Source: Octopus sinensis (taxonomy: Eukaryota). From it: 64,000 bases of DNA. The translations under genes were made by a program, and so were the position numbers. The DNA lies in assembly GCF_006345805.1 (NCBI RefSeq), contig NC_043012.1, forward strand, positions 54,932,001-54,996,000, read 5' to 3'. Below the pieces are notes generated by a model. It ran no database searches. It saw only the letters and a list, made by a program, of their open reading frames with translations, and had not been told where the DNA came from. Shown in pieces: positions 1-11,107 of this stretch (positions are counted from its first letter, which is position 1; every line of letters begins with the position of its first letter).

Positions 1-430
1 TATATAGTGACTGAAACTATCGACCAATATCTCTCTCTTTCTCAAATCACACACTGCCATTTTAAATAAGGAATGAACATGTATGACAATGTCCTGCTAG
101 AAGCAATTGTCCAAATTCCTCATGAACCACACCCCACCATTTTAGGGGAGAAGATGCATTGCATGGTGTAGTCCATTTTGTAGCTCAACCTGCTAGAAAT
201 AGCAGCTTAAATATCAAATCACACCCTACAACTTTAAGTAAAGAAAAGAAAGGATACACTGTATGATGTATTCCTATATGAAATAAATGCCCAACTCTTT
301 CTCAAATCACACCTTGCTATCTTAAAAATGGAAGGACATCAGTTATATGTAATGCTAGATATACAATGCTTTTAAGAAATAAAAGACGATATATTCATGG
401 CTGGAATGGTTTTGATCAAGCAACATCAAT
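1..430 (-). repeat. Old multi-unit interspersed repeat (family F; recurring CTCAAATCACAC...CTTAAA and CATGGCTGGAATG..TTTGATCA motifs)
   Basis: CTCAAATCACAC-like motif recurs at about 41, 214 and 301. TCATGGCTGGAATGGTTTTGATCA (~396-419) is the reverse complement of units at 60.9-62.0 kb. Confidence 0.55.
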
Positions 431-449
431 CTTCTAGATATTTTCTATA

Positions 450-614
450 GGTGTAAGAGTGGCTGTGTGGTAAGTAGCTTGCTTACCAACCACATGGTTC
501 CGGGTTCAGTCCCACTGCATGGCACCTTGGGCAAGTGTCTTCTATTATAGCCTCAGGCTGACCAAAGCCTTGTGAGTGGATTTGGTAGACTGAAACTGAA
601 AGAAGCCTGTCGCA

Positions 615-653
<39 letters not shown>

Positions 654-867
654 GTGAGTGTGTGTGTATGTTTGTGTCTGTGTTTGTCCACCGAACATCG
701 CTTGACAACCGATGCCAGTGTGTTTACATCCCAGTAACTTGGCAGTTTGGCAAAAGAGACCGATAGAATAAGTACTAGGCTTACAAAGAGTAAGTCCTGG
801 GGTCGATTTGCTTGGCTAAAGGCGGTGCTCCAGCATGACCACAATCAAATGATTGAAACAAGTAAAG
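450..867 (+). mobile_element. SINE-A: tRNA-derived SINE with internal (TA)/(TG) microsatellite, near full length
   Basis: A-box-like TGGCTGTGTGGTAAG, B-box-like GGTTCAGTCCC, GGCACCTTGGGCAAGTG core, tail GGCGGTGCTCCAGCATG...GAAACAAGTAAA. More than 10 homologous copies or fragments in the window. Confidence 0.9.
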
Positions 868-976
868 GAGTATACAGTTACCAAACCTACCCAATTTACC
901 AGCCAGTATCTCCTGTAGCTGACATCCAACTATAAATACAAAACAAAACAACTAAACTTTTTTCCAATTGCTACAA

Positions 977-1115
977 AATTTGACTTCTTTACAATGTTGA
1001 GCTGTGTGTGTGTATGTGTCTGTTTCTCTCTCTCCCTTTCCACAGTTCCTATTTACATATAGGTGAACCAGGCCATTCAGATAAATTATCTTGACCTTGG
1101 ATACAATATCAGTTA
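977..1115 (+). repeat. ~140-bp segment duplicated at 6831-6973
   Basis: Near-identical direct copy; differences are CT-repeat length and a few substitutions. Confidence 0.9.
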
Positions 1116-1299
1116 CTCAACTACATTCTTCACAGTGTGAAGCAAATAAGAATTAAATGTACTCCTGGATAGGAAGCTAATCTATTACAGGTAGTTTTTA
1201 CCTATATGAAACAATTTAATTCACATTTGCCCAAAAGATTAACAAAGTAAATGCTCGTCATTATCATACACTGCCATTACCCATAGCAGTGAATTTTAA

Positions 1300-1383
1300 T
1301 CCATTGGTGATTCCTGCATGTCCATTGGTGGTTCCTACATGTCTATTGGTGGTTCCTACATGTCCATTGGTGGTTCTTGTATG
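1300..1383. repeat. 21-bp minisatellite, 4 units (TCCATTGGTGGTTCCTACATG)
   Basis: Direct inspection of four tandem units. Confidence 0.9.
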
Positions 1384-1949
1384 GAGCTGGATGACTGCAA
1401 CTGCTGAGAATTGTCTTAGTTTTGAACACAATGCAACCCCTGGTTTTGTGTTTTTTGCTGGTTAGTCTCTGGCCAAAGAGCAGTGCTCAGGACCATTCCT
1501 CAAGATAAAACCAATAATAAACATGGCCCTCCAAGAATGGTGAGATTTTTGTAGTTTGTGTTCAGTTTGAATTTGTGTAGACTAATGATTTATTCAATCA
1601 TCAGCAATTGCTTAGCTGTGTAAGAGTCTAAGAAATACCTATAATTGTCCATGGCACATTTCTCCCCTCTCTATCCATGACAATATAATCCAAAAGAAAG
1701 TCAATGACTGATGTAGCTTGGCACCAGTGTTATTCCAGGAATTGATTCAATGAAGCTGAAGATAATTTTGGACTGATTTATGGACTCAAGTTCCTGGTTT
1801 GCAATCAACTAAATTGAAACCCCCATCCACCCATGCTCTCTTGGTACTGGTACTTTTCTTTTCTTATAAACTTCAGAAAGATAAAGGGCAAATTTATCTT
1901 CAGAGGGATTCAAAGGTAAAAGATAAAGAACTGGTAGTAATACTGCGAG

Positions 1950-2680
1950 GCATATTGTCGTGATACTCTAACAATTTTGTTATCAACTGCACTTGGCCAA
2001 TGACTGTATGCAGGGGGAAATGTAAATGAGATAAAATTCTACAAGACTCCATGCATAGTGTAAGCTCTTGAAGAGTGAGGTACAGCAAAGGCTGATGAGA
2101 AGAGGAAAGACTGATGTATTGAACGAGCAAAGGAATTAAATGGAATATTGCTTACTCGTTTATAAAAGCAGAAGCCATTGTTGTAGTAGTAGTAGTAGTA
2201 GCAGTAGAAGAAGAAGAAGAAGAGAAGAAGAAGAAGAAGAAAAGAAGGAAAAATAGCATGAGTTTCGGTTGTTAAATACTTAAAGCTATGCTGATAAATG
2301 AGTGACTGTTTGCCAATCAGCCGAATTACCGTTTGCAAACAGACTGGGATCTATGTAGTAGTAGTAGTAGTAGTAGTAACTGTAGCAGTAGCAGTAGCAG
2401 CAGCAGTAGTGCTAGCCCTAATGAGTGAGCAGTACTCTAATATGTGATGTTTGAGGTTTGCAGAGGGTTAGCATCAAAGCGGACTTGAAGTAGCGTTTGT
2501 TGGCTTTCAAAAGGAAAGCACAGTCTTTGAAGTGAAGTGTCAGAATATGAACTACTGTCCTCAACGTTGCTTGCCATAGTTGTTACCTCAGATGTTGAGT
2601 AACTTATTGATCTGACTACCGACAGCTTTCCAGATCATAATCAAATTTTTAAATGTGCAAGCCATGTTTTGTTTTATTTT
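1950..2680 (-). mobile_element. Degenerate CR1/L2/Jockey-group LINE, C-terminal ORF2 region, interrupted by microsatellites
   Basis: Minus-strand peptides YFKSALMLTLCK, ILEYCSL and QTVIRLIG...YYNNGFC resemble the LYKAxIRPxLEYCSxIW / RAIRLI / YRYYxGxC pattern. Many frameshifts. Confidence 0.5.
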
Positions 2681-2749
2681 TTTTTATATATATATTGGAA
2701 GATTTAGGACATCATAAAAAAAATGTATAGTTAAAAATACTATTCAAAT

Positions 2750-2912
2750 AGGCTCAGATTTGGCGGTCGGGTTAAGGATTTGCAACTATGTAGTTCCAGG
2801 TTCAGTTCCTTTGCCCAGCACCACCTTGGGCAACTGTCTTCTACTATAGCCCCAGGCTGACCTATGCCTTGTGAGTAAATTTGGTCCACGGAAACTGTGG
2901 AAGCCCTGTCAC
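2750..2912 (+). mobile_element. Diverged SINE-A 5' half
   Basis: CACCTTGGGCAACTGTCTTCTACTATAGCCCCAGGCTGACC...GGAAACTG matches SINE-A. Confidence 0.75.
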
Positions 2913-2936
2913 ACACACACACACACACATATACAC

Positions 2937-2970
<34 letters not shown>

Positions 2971-3004
2971 ATATATGTACATACATATATATATATATAT
3001 ATAT

Positions 3005-3437
3005 ACTTTTTCCGAGGCCCATCCAACGTCCGATAGCAATTGCAACTGCCCTGATAAAACCACCTGCCCCCTCAACAACAACTGCCTACAGAGGGACCTA
3101 GTATATACATGCGAGTAAGATCAGGCCCTGACGATAAAAGAAATCCTACATCGGAATGACGTCAAACAGCTTTAAGACCCGTTGGTACGCACACACACAC
3201 TCGTTCGGCGACAGGATAAATCCAACCAAACTACCCTCGCCACCCACATCTGGTACCTTAAAAGGAACTCAATCCCCTTCAAGACCAAGTGGAAACAACT
3301 ACAGAAGGCGCGCTCGTACACAGGAGGCCATACCTGCTGTGACCTCTGCATATCGGAGAGCCTAGAGATCTTGTTCGCCAAAGGCCCCTCTCCTTAACAA
3401 ATTCTCAGAACACTCCCCAATTGCATGCATAAGAAGT
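3005..3437 (+). mobile_element. Penelope-like element relic: GIY-YIG endonuclease domain (frameshifted)
   Basis: Joined frames give CNCPDKTTCPLNNNCLQRDLVYTCE / YIGMTSNSFKTRWYAHTHSF / KSNQTTLATHIWYLK...KW...CDLCISE...LLNK, the typical C-terminus of Penelope RT-EN proteins. Confidence 0.85.
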
Positions 3438-3589
3438 ATGCGAACTACAAGAACTATAGACCTACCCGGCAACCAGATTGATGACACCCCACCCACAAAA
3501 CCCCCCCAATCCCACCGTTCCCATCTAGCACCCCCGATTACCTTTTCTCCTAAGACCTTTCACATATTGTATGTGCACGCTTGTATATG

Positions 3590-4130
3590 TGTATCGTATA
3601 TATGTATAGAAATGTATGGGTATAGTAGGAATATACGCATGTATTATGTGTTGTGTGTTGTATGTATGTAATATTATTATATATTATATATATATATATA
3701 TGTATGTGCGTGTGTGTGTGTGTGTGTGTGTGATATATGTATATATGTATATATGTATGTATGTATCTATATGTGTGTATGCATATGTTGTGTATTGTAT
3801 GTGTGTATGTATGTGTATGTATGTATAAATTTATATAATTAGGGCTTAGTAAAATAAATTACTTTGCCACATACTGAACTTTCTAGAAATAGCAGCCAAA
3901 AAGTTTTTTAGCCTCTTCCTACTTAGAGAATATTTTCCCTCAGACATTGTTTACTCAAAATAATAATGGTCCTTTTACATACTGAATACTTGGTGAAATT
4001 GATTAATAACTAATTAATAACTTTACCCTCATTGTTGATATATGTATGTGTGTGTATATATATGTATATGTGTATATATATATGTACATGTATGTATATG
4101 TGTATGTATGTTATTATATGTGTATGTATG

Positions 4131-4161
<31 letters not shown>

Positions 4162-4166
4162 GTGGT

Positions 4167-4199
<33 letters not shown>

Positions 4200-4432
4200 A
4201 TATGTGTATATGTATATATGTATATATATATATATGTGTATATGTATATGTATGTGTGTGTGTATATGTAGATATGTGTATATATATGAGTGTACGCGAT
4301 ATGTCGATGTATATGTAGGTATGTAGAGTTATGTGTATGTGCATGTATGTGAGTGTAGATACAAATTGTAGATGTTATATATATATGTGTGTGGTGTATA
4401 TATACATGTATATAGGTATATGTACGTGTGTG

Positions 4433-4473
<41 letters not shown>

Positions 4474-5579
4474 ATATGCGAGTATGTAGAGATATAAGTA
4501 TGTGCATGTGTATATATATGTGTGTATATATATGTATAGGTATGTGTATGTGTATGTATGTATATATATATGTGTGTGTGATGTATGCATATATGTATGT
4601 ATGTATGTATGTATATGTGTATGTATATATGTGTGTAAGTGTGTGCATATATGTATATGTAAGTGTGTGTGCGTGTATGAGTATGTATGTATGTTTGCAC
4701 ACATGTATATGTGTGTGTGTGTATATATGGATGCGCGTGTGTGTGTGTGTGTGTATGGGTACGCATGTACATGTGTATGTGCGGTATGTGTATATGTGTG
4801 TATGTATGTATGTGTTTGCGTATATTTGTATATGTATGTATGTATAATGTATGTATGTGTGTGTATTATATATATATGGGTGTGTGTATGTGTATAAAAT
4901 GTATGTATGTATGGATGTATGGATGTATGGATGTATGTATGTATGTATACGTATGTATGTGTATGTGTGTTATGTATGTATGTGTTTGTGTGTATATATC
5001 TATATTGTGGTATATATAATTTTGTGTATATATATATATATGTATATAAATGTGTATATATATGTATGTGTATATATATTTGTGTATATATATATATAGT
5101 ATATATATGTGTATATATATGTATGTGTATATATATATGTATATATATATATATATGTGTGTATTTGTATGTAGGTGTATATGTATGTGTGTAATATATA
5201 TATTTTATGTGTATATGTATAGACTAGCCTTCTAAGAGTGTAGACATAATCTGTAGGTACGTGTACGTATGTGTATATACGTGATGTATGTAGATGTATG
5301 TATGTATATATAACGCGTGCGTGCGTGTATGTGTATGAGTGTACGAATGAGTGAGTGTACGTGCTAATGGGTGTGCGTGCGTGATGAGTGCTTGTTTTCA
5401 AGTAGACAGATAATGGACTTGCTGTCATAGCCGAGATCCTTGGGACCAGCGGTCAAAGATAACAAAAGTAATAAATGAAGATAATAAAATTAAAATTAGG
5501 GAATGTGTCTGTATTTGTATGTATATATATGTGTGTATGTGTAGGTATGTATAGGTACACATATGTATATATATATATC

Positions 5580-5614
<35 letters not shown>

Positions 5615-5945
5615 ATGTATGTGTATGTATATATATGTGTGTATGTGTATATATGTGTATATAGGGACTAGTGTGCTGTGTGTGCATGTGTGTATGTGTG
5701 TATGTATATATATTTTTCTGTGTGTATATGTATGTGTGGTCGTTTCTGTATATATACATGTGTGTATACGTGTATGCATGTGAGTGAGTGTATGTATATA
5801 TATATATATATATGTGTATGTGTAGATATGTATATGTATGTGTATGTGTATATATATGTATATGTGTGTGTGTATATGTATGTGTGTATGTATATATGTA
5901 TGTATGTGTGTGTATATATGTATACATATGTGTATAGGTATAAGT
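3590..5945. repeat. Very long compound (TA)/(TG)/(TATG) microsatellite with short unique islands
   Basis: Direct inspection; source of the many Y/I/C/V/M/H/T ORFs. Confidence 0.95.
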
Positions 5946-6166
5946 GAGAATCTCCTTATTTACCTAAAACTCTATTCTTTTTTATATATATTTTTTTATT
6001 TTTTTATATATTTTTTTTATTTATTCTTTTATCTAATTTACCACTGACTCCTTGACCACTCCCCCAAGTATGATATTTTGCGCTATGCCTACCCCCAAAA
6101 AGTCCCCCACCACCACCCCTTTAAACCTGCCTAAATGTATAAATGCCAATACAATTCTTGTTAACT

Positions 6167-6217
6167 AGCTTCCTGAAGATTTCTCTTGAATGAAACAGTT
6201 CTAGTCCTGTAGAAGCT
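6167..6217 (+). ncRNA. Type I hammerhead ribozyme motif, intact catalytic core
   Basis: Stem I AGCUUC/GAAGCU, core CUGAAGA (6173-6179), stem II UUC/GAA closed by U.U, GAAA (6192-6195), stem III ACAG/CUGU, cleavage triplet GUA (6209-6211). Confidence 0.7.
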
Positions 6218-6232
6218 CCTTCTATATAATAA

Positions 6233-6282
<50 letters not shown>

Positions 6283-6286
<4 letters not shown>

Positions 6287-6340
6287 AGAGTTTACGAAAA
6301 AAACAAAAGACAAAGACAGGTGGTGTACAAAGCAAACATA
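6283..6340 (+). repeat. Fragment of the repeat family that carries the 56.9-kb hammerhead
   Basis: GGAGAGTTTACGAAAAAAACAAAAGACAAAGACAGGTGG resembles GGAAGCTTTATGAAAATAGACAAAAGACGAAGGCAGGTGG at ~56787-56826. Confidence 0.55.
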
Positions 6341-6376
6341 TGTATATATTATGTACATACATACATTATATATATT

Positions 6377-6428
<52 letters not shown>

Positions 6429-6473
6429 TATATATATGTAGATACATACATAATTTATATACATATATATATG

Positions 6474-6506
<33 letters not shown>

Positions 6507-6830
6507 ATATGTACATACATATATCTATCTATCTATCTATCTATCTATCTCTCTATCTATCTATCTCTCTATCTATCTATCCTATAACTTAGCAGTTTGG
6601 CAAAAGAGACTGACTAAGAAAAATAAGTGGTGGAGTCATTTTGTTTGACTAAACACCTGTAAGCAGTGCTCCAGAAGTGTCAAAGCCAAATGACTGAAAC
6701 AAGTAAAAGATAAGCACTTCATTTGATCAATGACTTGCACGTGTGAATCCAGAGACCAAATCTTCAACAACACGACAACGATAATATTCCTAAATGCTAC
6801 AGCAAACAAACTAATTATCATTTAAACTGT

Positions 6831-6973
6831 AATTTGACTTCTTTACAATGTTGAGCTGTGTGTGTGTATGTGTCTGTTTTTCTCTCTCTCTCTCTTTCCA
6901 CAGTTCCTATTTACATATAGGTGAACCAGGCTATTCAGATAAATTATCTTGACCTTGGATACAATATCAGTTA
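6831..6973 (+). repeat. Second copy of the 977-1115 segment
   Basis: Near-identical direct copy. Confidence 0.9.
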
Positions 6974-7269
6974 TGGAATATGACCAACTTATTTTTTGGT
7001 CAGTTGACCAATACCACATCAAACAGACTGGTAGCATCATCCATTGATATTACATATAATCGATGTAAATCTTTTGCAGAGTCCAGTGTTTCATAGAAAA
7101 CCATGTTGGCACTAACTGAAATTGAACTTACAACTCTATCATTCAAACTACAGAAATTTGCTCCTAAGATATTGTTTAGTTCCAAAAAGAAGTCTAGTTT
7201 CTCTATTTCTCTCACCTTGTTTTTGTACAGGCATGTCTCTTACTTTATCAGTGTGCGTAATCTCTTGCT

Positions 7270-7345
7270 ACATATCTATCATATATATAATGTATGAATG
7301 TATGCATGTATGTATATAGATGTGTGTGCATATACATACGTATGA

Positions 7346-7381
<36 letters not shown>

Positions 7382-7426
7382 ATATATATATATACATATA
7401 AATATGTATATATATATCTATATATG

Positions 7427-7457
<31 letters not shown>

Positions 7458-7491
7458 GAGTATATATATATGTGTCTGTGTGTATATATGC

Positions 7492-7553
<62 letters not shown>

Positions 7554-7556
7554 TAT

Positions 7557-7619
<63 letters not shown>

Positions 7620-7635
7620 ATATACACACACATAC
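7270..7635. repeat. (TA)n-rich compound microsatellite
   Basis: Direct inspection. Confidence 0.95.
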
Positions 7636-8080
7636 CAGTGAAGTTTCTTATGACTGGTGTTTTAGTGAAGGTTTGGATGTGTGTCTATCTAAATACTTAT
7701 GTGTTTCAGTGTGCATGTGTGTGTGTGTGTGTGTGTGTGTGCATATCATACATACCAGTTATTTCAAAAATAATGAAGCATTTAAAACTAATTCAATGTC
7801 CAAATGTTGCTTTATGCATGGAATAAGGCATACACACACAGATACATACACATACACACGCAAGTGCGTATGTATATATGCAAGAAATCAATAGTTTTAA
7901 TTATCTCCTTTTAAATTATTGATGTTAAAGAAGGTGGTTTAGATAATTATATAATCCTGTTCAAATTTCTCTTAACTCCCTTCCATCTTGTATCTTTTAC
8001 TTTCCAAAATTAAAACCGAAAAAATATGGAAAAAAAAAACGTGGTGAACCTCTTCCAAAATTTACAACTCTTTATTACAA

Positions 8081-9650
8081 CTCTATGCTGATGACCTTGC
8101 TCTAATTGCTGAGTCGCTATCAGAACTGGAGGAGAAGTTTCAGGTGTGGAAACAAGGATTAGAATCGAAGGGCCTCAGAGTCAATCTAGCTAAAACCAAA
8201 GTCGTAATCAGTAGGAAGGTAGACAAATCACAAACACCTTCAGGTAGATGGCCCTGCTCGATCTGTAGAAAAGGTGTAGGTAGAAACTCTATAAGATGCA
8301 CCAAGTGTAAGCTATGGACACATAAGAGATGCAGCAATGTCAAAGGAAGACTAACTAGGAAGATGGTTTTTGTATGTGGCAGATGCTCAGGAACAATAAC
8401 ACTGAAAATGCTCTGAGACCAACTCCGTCACTTTCCAGGGAGAAAAACTAGAAATAGTTGATAGTTTCCGTTACCTAGGTGACGAAGTCAGCAGCGGGGG
8501 CGGGTGTGCTGAAATTGTAACTGCTAGAGTAAGAATAGCTTGGGCAAAGTTCAGAGAGCTCTTACCTCTGCTGGTGACAAAAGGCCTCTCGCACAGAGTG
8601 AAAGGCAGACTGTATGATGCGTGTGTACGAACAGCCATGCTACATGGCAGTGAAACATGGGCCGTGACTGCTGAGGATATGCGTAAGCTCGCTAGAAATG
8701 AAGCCAGTATGCTCCGATGGATGTGTAATGCCGGTACTCACACTCGGCAGAGTGTAAGTACCTGAGAGAAAAGCTGGACCTAAGAAGCATCAGTTGTGGT
8801 GTGCAAGAGAGACGTTTGCGCTGGTATGGTCATGTGGCGAGAATGGATGAAGATAGTTGTGTGAAAAAGTGCCACACCCTAGCGGTTGAGGAACCTGTGG
8901 AAGAGGCAGACCCAGGAAAACCTGGGACGAGGTGGTGAAGCACGACCTTTGAACTTTAGGTCTCACTGAGGAAATGACTAGAGACCGAGACCTCTGGAAG
9001 TGTGCTGTGCGCGAGAAGACCCGGCAGACAAGTGAGTCCACAACCCGTGGCCTTCTACATGGGATGGAGCCAGCCTACGTATGCATACCTTCCCTTCTTG
9101 GGACACAAAGCTCTACTTGTGAAGACGTGTTGAGGCAAGTGAGGATCAGAATCGAAATCGATCAATGGAAATTGCGGATGTGCTACCAGTGCCGGTGGCA
9201 TGTCGAAACTCTGCTTGTGAAGACCCATTGAGGCAAGTGAGGATCAGAATCGAAATCGATCAATGGAAATCGATCAATGGAAATTGCAGATGTGTTACCA
9301 GTGCCGGTGGCATGTAAGAGAACTTTCCGTTTCGCGACCGTTGCCAGCACCGCCCCGTTTCGTGTCCGTTGCCAGCCTCGCCTGGCCCTCGTGCCGGTGG
9401 CACATAAAAAGCACCATCCGTTCGTGGCCGTTTGCCAGCTCTGTCTGGCACCAGTGCGGGTGGCACGTAAAAAGCACCCACTACACTCACGGAGTGGTTG
9501 GCGTTAGGAAGGGCATCCAGCCGTAGAAACACTGCCAGATTTGACTGGGCCTGATGAAGCCTTCTGGCTTCACAGACCCCAGTAGAACCGTCCAACCCAT
9601 GCTAGCATGGAAAACGGACGCTAAATGATGATGATGATGATGATGATGAT
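8081..9650 (+). mobile_element. RTE-clade LINE copy 1, 5'-truncated at the RT YADD motif; PHD-like finger, C-terminal region, tandem 3' UTR, (GAT)n tail
   Basis: LYADDLALIAESLSELEEKFQVWKQGLESKGLRVNLAKTKV; AMLHGSETWAVT; LRWYGHV...GRPRKTW; frameshifts present; ends GGACGCTAAAT(GAT)n. Confidence 0.95.
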
Positions 9651-10326
9651 TGTTCTGGAGAATATGTATTCTTTATAAAATTCAATCTGGTAAATTTTAT
9701 TGGATGATACAAATATTTCAGTAAGGACTCTTCCTCAATCATATGCCTTTCTGAGATTTTTAACCCATTGAAGGTAAAACCTACTAAAAACAAAACCATT
9801 TTTTATGTGATACAAAAAGAATGAGGAACAATTAAAAAGTAATCATTAACAACAAAAGCAGTATTAATATGGAAAGGTAATATTTGACCCCACTTAAAAG
9901 TGGATGTTGTGTTAGGACACAGAATGCTGCAATAGTTACCATGAGAAGACCTCTCATATAGGCTTTTTGGTGCATATAATCACTCCTGTTTACATTGCTA
10001 GAGGGGAGATAAATCACCTGCCATTGCTATCACCAAGACTATCAGATCACATGATTTTGGCATTCCCTGGCCTTGTCAGTGGTATATGCTCAACTGCTGG
10101 AGATAGATGTGATATCTCTGCTAGTGGTATACAGAGAATTACATGCCTAACAAGGAACTGGTGTCGTGAATAACCAGTGGGCTTATTAAAAAATAGGAAT
10201 TATTGTTCACAAATTTTGTTAAAAAGAAACAAATTATCTGAATCTCAATAAACAAAGAAATAAGTTTTGATTTTCTTGAAGGGTCTAACACTGTCTTATT
10301 TTATTGTTTATTTTACACCTTGCATT

Positions 10327-10513
10327 AAGGCAGATGAAATGTTTAGTGTTTCTTCTAGTTCTTTATGTTGAGCTCATATTCTGATGAGTTTGCCTTTGGT
10401 TTTCATCCTTTTGTGGTTGATAAAATAAATGCCAACCATTTGAGCACTGGGGTTAATACATTCAGCTATCCCTTCCTCTAAAAGTTTTGTGGTTTTGTGT
10501 CAAAATTTGTAAC
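10327..10513 (+). mobile_element. Old diverged SINE-B copy
   Basis: TTTTCATCCTTTTGTGGTTGATAAAATAA...GCACTGGGGTT...GTGTCAAAATTTG matches SINE-B with CpG decay. Confidence 0.6.
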
Positions 10514-11107
10514 TGTTTTATATCTTGTATTTTGTGAACAATAACCAGTGTTGGTTACAGATTTCCAAGGGACTAATCACTGGTTCATTACACTTGGCAA
10601 GAGTGACAATGGCATATTTGTTGTAACTCTGGCAGAACAAAATAGCACAAGATATTTTTGTTTCACAACACCAATCTCGGTAATTTTCTCAATAGCATGT
10701 ACATCTTTTGTCAAATTGCTGATTGGTTGGATTAGAATATCAATTTAAACTAATTGGACATCATGTTCATGTCACATGACTCTATACCTATAACTACAGC
10801 CAATAATTAAGAAATTTCTGAAAGGGTGCAAAAATCTACTGTAGTCAGTTCATTTTAAAGTCTGAAGTTCTGCACCTGTATTTTCATTGCTGGGCAGCAT
10901 GACAATATGTGAGAGAGATGAAATAATAATTCACGTGTTAATAAAAGTGTGGTAGTCCATGCTACATACATACACAGTGTCATGGTTAACATAGCATAGC
11001 AAAGACTAGTTATGCACAGCAAAATCCAACCATACAATCAAAATGAATCAAAAGCACAAAGTGATTGAAAACGTCTTAAAAATTTTAATTTTCTTATGGA
11101 AAATACA

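Noticed and set aside
3600-5950. Dozens of 60-270 aa ORFs rich in Y/I/C/V/M/H/T, or poly-H/D/M/E/K, here and in other simple-repeat blocks
   Set aside because: They are translations of di-, tri- and tetranucleotide microsatellites and appear in several frames and on both strands; no coding signal.
9391-9478. Repeat-spacer appearance of the RTE 3' UTR units (CRISPR-like)
   Set aside because: Eukaryotic LINE UTR; the spacers are mutually homologous and there are no cas genes.
9550-9580. CTGATGA followed by hairpin AGCC-TTCT-GGCT
   Set aside because: No GAAA or helix III follows. It is a variant of the RTE tail sequence CCTGGTGCAGCCTTCTGGCTT.
10700-11040. Possible Crypton tyrosine-recombinase relic with CCAAT and GTCACATGAC motifs
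   Set aside because: The similarity needs several frameshifts and is too weak to support without a profile search.
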